A DNA stretch of 32,000 nucleotides from Bacillota bacterium (lineage in GTDB: Bacteria > Bacillota > Clostridia > Acetivibrionales > JANLFN01): assembly GCA_023421675.1 (NCBI GenBank), contig JAEZTC010000011.1, forward strand, positions 31,526 to 63,525. The letters are read 5' to 3'. This document shows, one piece after another, positions 1 to 10,165 of the stretch. The notes below the pieces were generated by a model that was given only the letters and a program-made list of their open reading frames with translations, did not search any database and was not told where the DNA came from. The translations under genes and the position numbers were made by a program. The first letter of the stretch is position 1; the number at the start of each line of letters is the position of its first letter.

Positions 1-1
1 G

Positions 2-265
2 TCTGAAACAAGTCCAACGGATATAAGAAAAAAACTTCTTGAGCTTCAGAATGAGCTTCTTAAAGGTGTAATAGAAAAAGGTGAACAGCCACCTCAGAAT
101 TCTGAAAACAAACAAGCAGTTAAAGAACCCATTGCCAATAGCCCACGCACTAAGGAAGTTCATCCTATAGATGAAAATGGTTTGGCAGCCATTCTAAAAG
201 AAATGTATAAAAACCAGGTAAAAATAATCACATTATTACAGGAAATAAATAACAAAATGAAATGA
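2..265 (+). CDS. C-terminal fragment of a hypothetical protein, truncated at the window edge
   Basis: Frame 2 is open from the window start (SETSPTDIRKKLLELQNELLKG...EINNKMK*) to a TGA at 263-265. Not in the supplied ORF track because it has no start in the window. Confidence 0.7.
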   Translation, partial: SETSPTDIRKKLLELQNELLKGVIEKGEQPPQNSENKQAVKEPIANSPRTKEVHPIDENGLAAILKEMYKNQVKIITLLQEINNKMK

Positions 266-271
266 CATGAA

Positions 272-311
272 AAAAAGAAGTGTAGGATTTTTAAATCTTA
301 CACTTCTTTAG
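272..311. terminator. Bidirectional intrinsic terminator between the left-edge CDS and purD
   Basis: AAAGAAGTGTAGGATTT-TT-AAATCTTACACTTCTTT: long near-perfect inverted repeat with A/T-rich flanks between convergent genes. Confidence 0.85.
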
Positions 312-317
312 CTTTGA

Positions 318-1580
318 TTACTTAACACCTATGTCTTTCCGGTAATGCATATTTGTAAATGAAATTTTATCAACTGCTTTATATGCTTTTTTAATGGCTT
401 CATCAAGCGAAGGTCCTGTAGCTGCTACACCCAGTACTCTTCCACCTGCTGTATAGTACATTCCATTCTCTAGTTTAGTACCTGAATGGAATACGTTAAT
501 GTCTTTTTCACTTAAGGCATTATCCAGACCGCTTATTTCATAGCCGGTCTGATACTTTTGCGGATACCCTCCTGAGGCCATTATAATACACACACCCGCA
601 TCCATCTTCCACTTAATTTCCATATCTGAAAGTTTCTCATCAATTACTGCATTGAATATTTCAATTATATCCGAGTCAAGTCTTGGAAGTACCGCCTGTG
701 TTTCTGGGTCTCCAAACCTTGCATTATATTCAAGTACCTTGGGACCATCCTTTGTAAGCATAAGCCCAAAATACAAAACACCTTTGAAGGTTCTTCCCTC
801 TTTTTTCATTGCATCAACAGTAGTCCTATATACATTTTTCATACAGTAATCGGCTATTTCATCGGTGTATAGTTTACTTGGGGAAAACGCACCCATTCCG
901 CCCGTATTTAAGCCTTTGTCAAAATCAAGCGCTCTTTTGTGATCCTGGGCACTGACCATGGGTACTACAGTTGTGCCATCAGTAAAAGCCAGAACAGAGA
1001 CTTCAGGCCCTGTTATGAATTCTTCTATAACTACTTTATTACCGGCAGCACCGAAAACCTTATCTTCCATTATACTGTTTACAGCATCCCTTGCCTCTTC
1101 AAAATCCACAGCAATAATAACTCCTTTTCCTAGGGCCAAGCCATCTGCTTTGACAACCACCGGGAATTTATTCTGTGTTTTTATATATTCCACAGCCTTA
1201 TTGCTATCATCAAAGACTTCATATGCAGCTGTTGGGATATTGTATTTCTTCATTAAATCCTTTGAAAAAACTTTGCTAGCTTCAATTATCGCAGCATTTT
1301 TTCTAGGTCCAAAGGCTCTTATTCCCTTCTCCTCCATTGCATCAACCATGCCTGCCGCAAGCGGATCATCAGGTGCTACAACAACAAGGTCAATTGCCTT
1401 TTCTATTGCAAAGGAAACCATCTTTTCAATTTCCATTGCCTTAATGGGTACACATTCAGCTAATTGAGCTATTCCACCGTTTCCAGGTGCACAATATATT
1501 TTCTCGGCTAATGGGCTTTGAGCGATTTTCCATACTAAAGCATGCTCACGTCCACCGCTTCCAACTACAAGAATCTTCAT
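318..1580 (-). CDS. purD: Phosphoribosylamine-glycine ligase
   Basis: MKILVVGSGGREHALVWK, LNTGGMGAFSP and EYNARFGDPETQ motifs; position in a pur operon. Confidence 0.98.
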   Translation of the reverse strand: MKILVVGSGGREHALVWKIAQSPLAEKIYCAPGNGGIAQLAECVPIKAMEIEKMVSFAIEKAIDLVVVAPDDPLAAGMVDAMEEKGIRAFGPRKNAAIIEASKVFSKDLMKKYNIPTAAYEVFDDSNKAVEYIKTQNKFPVVVKADGLALGKGVIIAVDFEEARDAVNSIMEDKVFGAAGNKVVIEEFITGPEVSVLAFTDGTTVVPMVSAQDHKRALDFDKGLNTGGMGAFSPSKLYTDEIADYCMKNVYRTTVDAMKKEGRTFKGVLYFGLMLTKDGPKVLEYNARFGDPETQAVLPRLDSDIIEIFNAVIDEKLSDMEIKWKMDAGVCIIMASGGYPQKYQTGYEISGLDNALSEKDINVFHSGTKLENGMYYTAGGRVLGVAATGPSLDEAIKKAYKAVDKISFTNMHYRKDIGVK

Positions 1581-1665
1581 AAAATATACCTCCTAAATTG
1601 TTACCTCTAACTAAAGCTAAGAAATTAAGATATGTAACCACATTGTCAACGTAATATAACTAAAA

Positions 1666-1693
1666 CAAGGTTGAAGTTTAACCTCCAACCTTG
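1666..1693 (-). other. Stem-loop in the purH-purD intergenic region
   Basis: CAAGGTTG...CAACCTTG inverted repeat. On the minus strand it is followed by only a weak T-rich stretch, so it may be a processing or attenuation hairpin rather than a full terminator. Confidence 0.5.
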
Positions 1694-1708
1694 AGTAAGC
1701 TTCATTAA

Positions 1709-3253
1709 TTAGTGTTTGAAGTGTCTCATACCTGTAGCAACCATTGCAATACCATACTTGTTGCAGGTATCGATTGATAACTGATCTCTTATTGATCCAC
1801 CAGGTTGTATTATGGCGCTTATACCTGCCTGCGCTGCAGCTTCAACACTGTCTGGGAATGGGAAGTACGCATCAGATGCAAGTACTCCGCCCTGTGCTCT
1901 TTCCTTTGCATATTCAAGTGCAATTTTAGTGGATGTTACTCTGTTTGTCTGTCCAGGACCAACTCCGATTGTGCGCTTATCCTTTACAACTACTATAGCA
2001 TTAGATTTGGTATGCTTTACTACCTTCATTGCAAATATAAGGTCCTCAAGCTGCTGGTCGGAAGGTTTTTTGTCAGTCATAACTTTGATTTCTTCTCTAT
2101 TTACTACTTCACTATTTATATTCTGAACCAGGAGTCCGCCTGCAACCTTCTTCATGTCATATGTATCAGAAGGAAGCTTTTCGGCTACTGTTTCAAGCTG
2201 CAAAAGCCTCATGTTCTTTTTTGTTTCAAGTATTTCGAAAGCTTCTTTGCTAAAGGAAGGAGCAATAATTATTTCAAGGAATGTCTTAATCATTTCCTCT
2301 GCAGTCTTAGCATCTATTTCTCTGTTTGCTGCTACAATTCCGCCATATATTGAAACAGGGTCAGATTCATAAGCATTGATGTAAGCATCATAGATGTTTT
2401 GTGCACTGGCTACACCACAAGGATTTGCATGTTTTACAGCTACAACTGTAGGTTCATCAAATTCCTTTAAAAGTTCGATAGCACCATTTGCATCGTTTAT
2501 GTTGTTATATGAAAGTTCCTTACCATGAAGCTGTTTTGCCGAAGTAAGGCATCCTGCATTCTTTCCGACTTCCTTATAAAATACCGCCTTCTGATGCGGA
2601 TTTTCTCCGTACCTCATGTCCTGAACCTTTTCAAATGTCAGAGTTAAGGTTTCGGGGAATGATTCATCACCAAGCTGTTTTCTAAGATATGACGCTATGA
2701 GCGTATCATAATGGGAAGTATGTTCAAAAACCTTGTAGGCCAGTCTGAATTTTGTTTTAACTGAAACATCTCCTGTGGATTTCACTTCGTCGAGTACTGT
2801 TGAATAATCTGCCGGATCAACAATAACAGCCACATCCTGGTAATTCTTGGCTGCAGCACGGAGCATTGTAGGTCCGCCTATATCTATGTTTTCTATTGCT
2901 TCAGCAAGAGTTACGTCATCCTTTAGAACTGTTTTTTTGAAAGGATAAAGATTGATAACAACCATATCTATCGGGTCTATCCCCAGTTCCTTTATCTGCT
3001 TCATATGATCGGGATTACTCCTTATTGCAAGAAGTCCTCCATGTACTTTAGGATGTAAAGTTTTTACCCTTCCATCAAGACATTCCGGAAATCCAGTAAT
3101 ATCTGAAACATTGATAACATTAATGCCTGCATCTGCAAGTGCCTTAGCTGTTCCACCTGTTGAAAGTATTTCTGCCCCCTGCTTTACTAACTCGTTCGCA
3201 AGCTCAATAACGCCCGTTTTATCGGACACACTTATAAGAACACGTTTAATCAT
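1709..3253 (-). CDS. purH: Bifunctional AICAR transformylase/IMP cyclohydrolase
   Basis: [43 protein letters not shown] and C-terminal [12 protein letters not shown]. Confidence 0.98.
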   Translation of the reverse strand: MIKRVLISVSDKTGVIELANELVKQGAEILSTGGTAKALADAGINVINVSDITGFPECLDGRVKTLHPKVHGGLLAIRSNPDHMKQIKELGIDPIDMVVINLYPFKKTVLKDDVTLAEAIENIDIGGPTMLRAAAKNYQDVAVIVDPADYSTVLDEVKSTGDVSVKTKFRLAYKVFEHTSHYDTLIASYLRKQLGDESFPETLTLTFEKVQDMRYGENPHQKAVFYKEVGKNAGCLTSAKQLHGKELSYNNINDANGAIELLKEFDEPTVVAVKHANPCGVASAQNIYDAYINAYESDPVSIYGGIVAANREIDAKTAEEMIKTFLEIIIAPSFSKEAFEILETKKNMRLLQLETVAEKLPSDTYDMKKVAGGLLVQNINSEVVNREEIKVMTDKKPSDQQLEDLIFAMKVVKHTKSNAIVVVKDKRTIGVGPGQTNRVTSTKIALEYAKERAQGGVLASDAYFPFPDSVEAAAQAGISAIIQPGGSIRDQLSIDTCNKYGIAMVATGMRHFKH

Positions 3254-3314
3254 AACTCCTCCTTACCCGGGTTACCTAACTAAGGAACCCCATTAATATA
3301 TTTAAAATAAAATC

Positions 3315-3950
3315 CTAAGCTTTGTTATTAAGTATTATAACCTTACGGCCTTCCAGCTTGAGTCTGCCTTCCGAATAAAGCTTTATTGCTTCAGGCAGTA
3401 TTTCCCATTCTGCTTCTTCCATAACCCTTTTCTGCAGTGTTTCAGGTGTATCATCAGGCTTTACATAAACAGCCTTTTGAAGAATAATTGGACCTGAATC
3501 ATACTCAAGTTCCACAAAATGTACTGTGGCACCTGTTACCTTAACTCCGTATTCCAGAGCCTTTTGATGAGGTATTATCCCATAAAAGCCTTTACCGCAG
3601 AACGAAGGTATAAGTGACGGGTGTATATTTATAATTCTATGTTTATATTCGCTGTTGAAGTGTTCGCCGGCCATAGATAAAAAGCCTGCCATAACTATCA
3701 AATCAGTATTATATTTTTTGAAATGCTCAACCAGGGCTTTGTCATACTCGTCAATACCAGCGTAATTCTTTCTGGGAATTGCAGCTGAAGGAATATCATG
3801 CTTCGCAGCACGTTCAAGAGCATAGACACCTGTTCTACTTGAAACAACAGTTACTATACGGCAATTATTCAAATACCCACTCTCTATCTTATCTATAATT
3901 GCCTGAAGATTTGTTCCGCCCCCTGATACAAGAACTCCTATATTTAACAT
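3315..3950 (-). CDS. purN: Phosphoribosylglycinamide formyltransferase
   Basis: [30 protein letters not shown] and GATVHFVE motifs. Confidence 0.97.
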   Translation of the reverse strand: MLNIGVLVSGGGTNLQAIIDKIESGYLNNCRIVTVVSSRTGVYALERAAKHDIPSAAIPRKNYAGIDEYDKALVEHFKKYNTDLIVMAGFLSMAGEHFNSEYKHRIINIHPSLIPSFCGKGFYGIIPHQKALEYGVKVTGATVHFVELEYDSGPIILQKAVYVKPDDTPETLQKRVMEEAEWEILPEAIKLYSEGRLKLEGRKVIILNNKA

Positions 3951-4966
3951 ATGTCTACTCCGGCCTCTCCTTTAACAACTTCGCCAATCAAATATGCCTG
4001 CTCAGATTGTTTGTTCAAATAGCCGAGAACTTCAGATGCTTGTTCGCTGTTAACAGCAAGAACCATACCGATACCCATATTAAAAGTGTTGTAAATATCT
4101 CTTTCTCCCATGTTTCCAAGCTTCTGGAGCAATGTAAAAATAGGAAGCACCGGCCATGTACCTTTATTTATTTTAACGCGTAAACCTTCTGGAATCATTC
4201 GTGGAATATTCTCAATGAAACCTCCGCCAGTTATGTTGGAGATACCTTTAATTTCATATTTGGAAACTAAATCGAGAATTGTTTTAACATATAGCTGAGT
4301 TGGCCTTAAAAGAGTTTCGCCCAGCTTTTCTCCAAGGCTTTCTATATATTCATCAAGTTTCTCTTTTGTTGGGCTGAGCAGCTTTCTGACAAGAGAATAT
4401 CCATTGCTGTGAAGGCCTGAAGAAGCAAGACCTATAAGTTTATTGCCCTCAATTATGCTTTTTCCGTTGATTATTTTTTCCTTATCAACAATTCCTACTG
4501 CAAAACCTGCCATATCATATTCATCTTCAGGATAAAAGCCTGGCATTTCGGCAGTTTCTCCACCAATTAAGGAGCAGCCTGATTGAACGCAGCCATCTGA
4601 AACTCCCTTAACAATGCTTGCAATCTTTTCAGGCTTGTTTTTTCCTGTTGCAATATAATCAAGGAAGAAAAGAGGTTCTGCACCGCTGCATACAATATCA
4701 TTTACACACATTGCAACACAATCTATCCCTACTGTATCGTGCCTATCCATCAAAAAAGCAATTTTGAGCTTTGTTCCTACTCCATCTGTTCCCGATACTA
4801 AAACCGGATCTTTATATTTATCCTTGTTTAATGAAAACAAGCCACCAAAACCGCCTATATCCGTTAAAACCTCCGGTCTGAAAGTCTTTGTAACATGCTT
4901 TCTCATGAGTTTAACAGACTCATAACCAGCTTCAACATCAACACCGGAATCCTTATATGTTGTCAT
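3944..4966 (-). CDS. purM: Phosphoribosylformylglycinamidine cyclo-ligase
   Basis: [33 protein letters not shown] and [11 protein letters not shown]. The start at 4966 (MTTYKDSG) is preferred over the track's 4981 because GGAGG overlaps the upstream codons. Confidence 0.96.
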   Translation of the reverse strand: MTTYKDSGVDVEAGYESVKLMRKHVTKTFRPEVLTDIGGFGGLFSLNKDKYKDPVLVSGTDGVGTKLKIAFLMDRHDTVGIDCVAMCVNDIVCSGAEPLFFLDYIATGKNKPEKIASIVKGVSDGCVQSGCSLIGGETAEMPGFYPEDEYDMAGFAVGIVDKEKIINGKSIIEGNKLIGLASSGLHSNGYSLVRKLLSPTKEKLDEYIESLGEKLGETLLRPTQLYVKTILDLVSKYEIKGISNITGGGFIENIPRMIPEGLRVKINKGTWPVLPIFTLLQKLGNMGERDIYNTFNMGIGMVLAVNSEQASEVLGYLNKQSEQAYLIGEVVKGEAGVDIC

Positions 4967-4996
4967 ACCTTTTACCTCCAATAAATAAATTTAAAG

Positions 4997-6418
4997 TTAT
5001 CTTATCCCACAGGAGAATTTATCGCCTTCGCCCGGAACTTCCATAGGATAATCCCCGTTAAAACATGCAGTACAGAATGAACATTTTGCATTAACAGGTG
5101 TTTTTAAAAGTCCTTCCAAGCTTATATAACCAAGACTGTCCGCACCAATCAATTCTCTGATCTCATCAATTGAATGGTTGCATGCCACCAGTTCCTTTGT
5201 GGAGGGAGTATCTATACCAAAATAGCACGGATGCATGTATGGCGGTGAGGTGATCCTCATATGAACCTCTTTAGCCCCTGCATTTTTGAGCATCTGAACT
5301 ATTCTTTTTGTTGTTGTTCCTCTTACAATGGAATCATCAATAAGCACTATACGCTTACCTTCTATTGTTTCCTTGATAGCATTGAATTTTATTCTTACGC
5401 CCAGTTCTCTCTGACTCTGCTGCGGCTGTATAAAAGTTCTGCCTATATATCTGTTCTTTAAAAGTCCCTGTCCGTAAGGTATACCTGATTCAATTGAGTA
5501 TCCGAGGGCAGCATTTACTCCACCGTCAGGAACTCCTACAACTACATCAGCCTCAACAGGATGTTCCTGTGCAAGTATTTTACCTGCTTCCATTCTTGCA
5601 GTATGAACACTCACACCATCAATATAGCTGTCAGGTCTTGCGATATAAACGAATTCAAATATGCAAAGCCTAGATTTTGCAGGTACCGGAGTCTGTATTG
5701 ATTCAATTCCGTCTTCACCGATTAAAATTATCTCTCCAGGATTTACATCTCTGATAAATTCTGCTCCAACTGCGTCAAGAGCACAAGTTTCTGAAGCAAG
5801 TATATAAGAATTATCAAGCTTGCCTAAACAAAGAGGTCTTATACCCAAAGGATCCCTAATACCTATGAGCCTTTTGGGGGTAAGTATGGCTAACGCATAG
5901 GAACCTCTTACTTCTTCCATCATTCTCTTAATTGTTTCTTCTATATTTAAGCTTTGTATTCTATGTCTGGATAGTATATTAAGAATAACTTCTGAATCGT
6001 TTGTTGTTTGGAAAATTGCCCCGTCTTCCTCAAGCTTCTGCCTGATATCAGCGGCATTCACCAGATTTCCGTTATGCGCCAGGGCCATTTGTCCATTTCT
6101 GTACTTGATTACCATTGGCTGGGCATTTTCCCTAAGGCTTGCACCAGTGGTAGAATACCTTACATGACCGATAGCGGATTTACCTTTAAGGTGATTCATA
6201 ATTACATCGTTAAAAACATCTGAAACAAGTCCCATATCTTTATGATGAAATATGGTACCATTATCATTTACAGCAATTCCGGCACTTTCCTGTCCTCTGT
6301 GCTGCAGAGCATACAGGGCGTAATAAGTAAGCCGTGCTACATCATGATTATCATTATCATATATTCCAAAAACTCCACACTCATCATGAAGTTCGTCTGA
6401 AATCATAAAATTATTCAT
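4997..6418 (-). CDS. purF: Amidophosphoribosyltransferase
   Basis: Short propeptide then CGVFGIYD, YYALYALQHRGQESAG, IVLIDDSIVRGTT and CSFCTACFNGDY. Confidence 0.98.
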   Translation of the reverse strand: MNNFMISDELHDECGVFGIYDNDNHDVARLTYYALYALQHRGQESAGIAVNDNGTIFHHKDMGLVSDVFNDVIMNHLKGKSAIGHVRYSTTGASLRENAQPMVIKYRNGQMALAHNGNLVNAADIRQKLEEDGAIFQTTNDSEVILNILSRHRIQSLNIEETIKRMMEEVRGSYALAILTPKRLIGIRDPLGIRPLCLGKLDNSYILASETCALDAVGAEFIRDVNPGEIILIGEDGIESIQTPVPAKSRLCIFEFVYIARPDSYIDGVSVHTARMEAGKILAQEHPVEADVVVGVPDGGVNAALGYSIESGIPYGQGLLKNRYIGRTFIQPQQSQRELGVRIKFNAIKETIEGKRIVLIDDSIVRGTTTKRIVQMLKNAGAKEVHMRITSPPYMHPCYFGIDTPSTKELVACNHSIDEIRELIGADSLGYISLEGLLKTPVNAKCSFCTACFNGDYPMEVPGEGDKFSCGIR

Positions 6419-6471
6419 AAATGACCCTTTCTAATTACATAAAAGAAAAATATTCAATATAAATTAAAATC

Positions 6472-6975
6472 TTATAGTTCTAAAAGCTTTTCCTTTAGTG
6501 CTTTATCCTTTTCTTCAACCTTTCGTGCCAATTCTGCTTTATAATCCTTCATTTTGGATCTCAATTCAGGATATGCAGTGGAGAGAATCTGTACTGCCAG
6601 CAATGCAGCATTCTCGGAGCCATCAATTGCAACTGTTGCAACAGGTATTCCACTTGGCATCTGAACTATTGATAGCAGGGAATCCATTCCATCCATGGTT
6701 GAAGATTTTACGGGAATTCCTATAACAGGCAGAGGGGTATATGCCGCAAGTACTCCCGGAAGGTGTGCTGCTTTACCGGCAGCAGCTATGATAACCTCAA
6801 TTCCGTTCTGTTCTGCATTTTTTGCAAATTGTGAAGCCTTATCCGGTGTTCTGTGTGCTGAGCAGACCATTACTTCGGCTTCTATTCCGAATGTTTTCAG
6901 TAATTTTATACAGTTCTTCAATACGGGAAGATCAGAATCACTTCCCATAACAATTGCAACCTTTGGTGTTTTCAT
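6472..6975 (-). CDS. purE: 5-(carboxyamino)imidazole ribonucleotide mutase
   Basis: [24 protein letters not shown] and [12 protein letters not shown]. Start at 6975 preceded by ggaggtaaaa; the track's 6987 start lies within the Shine-Dalgarno region. Confidence 0.96.
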   Translation of the reverse strand: MKTPKVAIVMGSDSDLPVLKNCIKLLKTFGIEAEVMVCSAHRTPDKASQFAKNAEQNGIEVIIAAAGKAAHLPGVLAAYTPLPVIGIPVKSSTMDGMDSLLSIVQMPSGIPVATVAIDGSENAALLAVQILSTAYPELRSKMKDYKAELARKVEEKDKALKEKLLEL

Positions 6976-7009
6976 TTTTACCTCCATTTTAACATTTATT
7001 TATTATTTT

Positions 7010-7084
7010 TAGACTTCAGATTGTTAAAACCTCATATTTTTGAGGGCTTAAAAATCTGAAGTCCGCCTTTTGGACGGACTTCGT
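7010..7084 (-). promoter_or_regulatory. Overlapping alternative hairpins (terminator/attenuator-like) between the purine permease and purE
   Basis: Plus strand GACTTCAGATT...AATCTGAAGTC overlaps GAAGTCCGCC-ttttt-GGaCGGACTTC. The shared central GAAGTC segment can pair with only one partner at a time. Confidence 0.6.
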
Positions 7085-7092
7085 TATATCAT

Positions 7093-8475
7093 TTAAAGTA
7101 TTTGAAGAGCATCAACAACGTACTTTAGAACAAACAATGCTGTTACTATATACATTATCGGATGAACCTCTTTTGCTTTACCCTTGAATATCTTAGCTAT
7201 TACATAGAATATGAAGCCTGCTGCAACACCGCTTGCTATGCTATATGCAAATGGCATTACAACTGCTGTGAAGAAAGCTGAAGCTGCATCCTCAAAGGTA
7301 TCCCATTTAACCTTTGCAAGGGATTCCATCATCAGGATACCAACTACAATCAGTGCTGGTGAAGTTGCTGCTGATGGTACTATTGAAACTAATGGATATA
7401 AGAACAAACATGCTATAAAGAGGACTGCAGTGGTTACTGATGTTAAGCCTGTTCTTCCGCCTGCTTCTATACCTGCTGCACTTTCTACATAGGTTGTTGT
7501 ATTACTAGTTCCGAAAACCGCACCTATTGATGTTGCAGTAGCATCAGCAAACAATGCTTTATCAAGCTTTGAGGAGAAACCCTTTCCTTTATGAAGCGCT
7601 TCTTCATCTTTTGTATCGAAGATACCAGTTTTTCTACCTGTTCCAAGGAAGGTTCCTATTGTATCAAACGTATCCGCAAGACTGAATGCAATTATAAGCA
7701 TAATAATCTTAAACAATTGTGATGGATCACTAAATAACCCGAACACATCAAAGTGTCCTAATGTTGGTGTAGGATCCGGAGGTAAAAAGTTTGTACTTGC
7801 TATATCAAGATTTGTAACTCCCATAGGAATTCCTATTATTGTAGTTGCAAGAATTCCGATAAGTATCGATCCTTTTACTTTTAATAGCATCAACACTACA
7901 ATAATAACAACACCTATTAGTGCAAGTACAGATGCTTTGTCAGTAAAATTAACCAGTGAAGGAACTACTTTTGAAAAAGCGCCAGTAGCATCAGGTTTGC
8001 TATCTGGTGTAAAATTCAACAGGTGAGAATCCATAAAGCCTATGTATGCAATAAACAGGCCGATACCACCACTTATGGCATATTGAAGTGATTCAGGAAT
8101 TGCAAGAATAATTGCCTTTCGAATTTTTGTAACAGTTATAAGGATGTTGATAATACCGCAAATGAATACTATTCCCAGTGCCTGCCACCACGGAATCTTC
8201 ATTGCAAAACATACTGTAAAGGTAAAGAAAGCATTCATTCCCATTCCAGGTGCAAGTGCATATGGAACGTTTGCTACAAGACCCATTATCAGTGTGGCTA
8301 CAACCGCAGCTACTATTGTAGCTGTCATTACAGCACCCTTGTCCATTCCTGTTTTAGAAAGAATGTCGGGGTTTACAAAAATGATGTAAGCCATAGTGAA
8401 GAATGTTGTAAGACCTGCAGCCATTTCTCTTCTTACTGTCGTACCATTTTCCTGCAGTTTGAAAAACTTGTTCAT
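7093..8475 (-). CDS. NCS2 family permease, AzgA/PbuG-like guanine/hypoxanthine permease
   Basis: Polytopic protein with MAAGLTTFFTMAYIIFVNPDIL, ALAPGMGMNAFFTFTV and DTFDTIGTFLGT motifs of the AzgA subgroup; next to the pur operon. Confidence 0.93.
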   Translation of the reverse strand: MNKFFKLQENGTTVRREMAAGLTTFFTMAYIIFVNPDILSKTGMDKGAVMTATIVAAVVATLIMGLVANVPYALAPGMGMNAFFTFTVCFAMKIPWWQALGIVFICGIINILITVTKIRKAIILAIPESLQYAISGGIGLFIAYIGFMDSHLLNFTPDSKPDATGAFSKVVPSLVNFTDKASVLALIGVVIIVVLMLLKVKGSILIGILATTIIGIPMGVTNLDIASTNFLPPDPTPTLGHFDVFGLFSDPSQLFKIIMLIIAFSLADTFDTIGTFLGTGRKTGIFDTKDEEALHKGKGFSSKLDKALFADATATSIGAVFGTSNTTTYVESAAGIEAGGRTGLTSVTTAVLFIACLFLYPLVSIVPSAATSPALIVVGILMMESLAKVKWDTFEDAASAFFTAVVMPFAYSIASGVAAGFIFYVIAKIFKGKAKEVHPIMYIVTALFVLKYVVDALQIL

Positions 8476-9109
8476 TCGTAACTTTCCCCTTCCTTAATGT
8501 AATAAGATAATGCCTATACTTACAACAGGAATTTTAACCTGTCAAAGTCAACCTTGAACTGTACACATCAGGTAGGACATTGGATGCCTTTAATTATCTA
8601 TTTGCTAATAATCAAGTAATATGCATAACGTATTTGTCCAAAAGAATTCAGTAGTTAGTATTTGTATTATTGTAAATAAAAAACAAGCTTTTTCACATTA
8701 ATAATACTATCAAAAAGCAAAATGGTTTGTCAATAAAAAGAGCCTGAAAAATCGAACGTTTTTGAATATTTATTAATTAATATTCGAAAATAACTATGTT
8801 TTTTAGTAAATCTTATTAAATATTTGAATTATGTAAATATGTGGAATTGTCTATATTTTAAAAGTAAAAATGTTTATCTATAGAGGCTCAAATAATCAAA
8901 TACAGATATTATGTACTCCAATTTAATCATAAATCACGGTATAATCTATTTATATCGTAATTACGCGTACATTCTTAATATTGCTTGGTTTTTATAAAGA
9001 TATCACTATAAAAGAATAAAGCATATGATTTATAAATTATAAAAACAATATAATAAACAAATCCGAATATTAAAACGCTGCACAGTTTACCTGTTTAGCA
9101 ATTTATAAA

Positions 9110-10102
9110 CTAGAACAGCTTTATATATTCGACAGCGTATGCAAGAAGCGGAAGAGTTATGACAGATAGTATCGTAGTTACAAAAATGCCTTCAGAAGCA
9201 AATTTACAATCAGAATCATACTGGTTTGCAAGAGCAGCTATTATTGTACCTGCAGGCATTCCAAGCTGCAAAACCACAATCTTTTTAATAAACGGATCGG
9301 GAAGAACCCCAAAAAGAGAAAGAACAACAAACGCAAGAGCAGGAATAATCAGGAGTTTAATAAAAGCCAGTACAAAATGGGGATATCTTTCAATCATACC
9401 TTTAATTCCGCCGATTTTAATTTCAGATAGTATTAAACCTATAAAAATCATTGATATATATATAGTGGTTTTACCAAGCGGATTGAACGCATCGTTCAGG
9501 ACCCTGTAAATTTTACCGGCGAAAGGATTCACTGATACAAGATGTTGAAAATTAATTGCCGTCAAAAAAATACCTACTGCGAAGGCTATTGTGTTTCCAT
9601 TAACAAGATGTTTTATATTGTCTTTCCATTGTGTTGTGTTATGCCTGTTCACAAGATATATGCCCAGCGTCCATAAGAGTATGTCACTTGCCAGATTAAA
9701 GAATATAGCATAAATAATTCCCTGGTCACCATACAAAGCAGTTAGTAGAGGAAATGCCATAAATACAATATTTCCAAAGGTAGAACTCATACAGTAAATA
9801 TTGGTAGCCGGTCCCTTAAGACCTAGCCTGCGTGACATAAAAAAGCCTGCAGCAAGAGATATAGACAGAAATAGAATTGCAAAACCGAATATATACAGAC
9901 CGTTTACTATAGTTTTGCCGCTGAAGCTGTAACCTGCCATTGTAGTAACAATAAGCAAAGGCATGGTGAGCTTGACTATTAGTCTTGATAACACATTTGA
10001 AGTTTCCTTTGGCAGAAAACTCTTTTTGCCTGCAATAAAACCGGTAAGCCCCAAAAATGTAAGTATTATTATCTGTCTAATTATAATGTCTGTTTGCTGC
10101 AT
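9110..10102 (-). CDS. AEC family (auxin efflux carrier-like) transporter
   Basis: 330-aa polytopic protein with FLPKETSNVLSRLIVKLTMPLL and C-terminal LQLGMPAGTIIAALANQYDSD, typical of the AEC family. Confidence 0.88.
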   Translation of the reverse strand: MQQTDIIIRQIIILTFLGLTGFIAGKKSFLPKETSNVLSRLIVKLTMPLLIVTTMAGYSFSGKTIVNGLYIFGFAILFLSISLAAGFFMSRRLGLKGPATNIYCMSSTFGNIVFMAFPLLTALYGDQGIIYAIFFNLASDILLWTLGIYLVNRHNTTQWKDNIKHLVNGNTIAFAVGIFLTAINFQHLVSVNPFAGKIYRVLNDAFNPLGKTTIYISMIFIGLILSEIKIGGIKGMIERYPHFVLAFIKLLIIPALAFVVLSLFGVLPDPFIKKIVVLQLGMPAGTIIAALANQYDSDCKFASEGIFVTTILSVITLPLLAYAVEYIKLF

Positions 10103-10165
10103 AATAACCTCAATTCCCCAAAAGTGCCAAAGATCATATCTCTGGCACTCGGGGCTAGTATTTTC

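Noticed and set aside
652-849. Small plus-strand ORF antisense to purD (and similar ones at 939-1133, 958-1467, 1744-1929, 1805-2353, 1812-2126, 2154-2372)
   Set aside because: These lie entirely antisense to highly conserved pur genes, show no domain similarity or clear RBS, and are typical spurious antisense frames.
8476-8640. Purine, PRPP or guanidine riboswitch upstream of the purine permease
   Set aside because: I could not find the conserved purine aptamer elements (GATATGG, TTTCTACC, CCGTAA) or the conserved ykkC-type core in the minus-strand leader.
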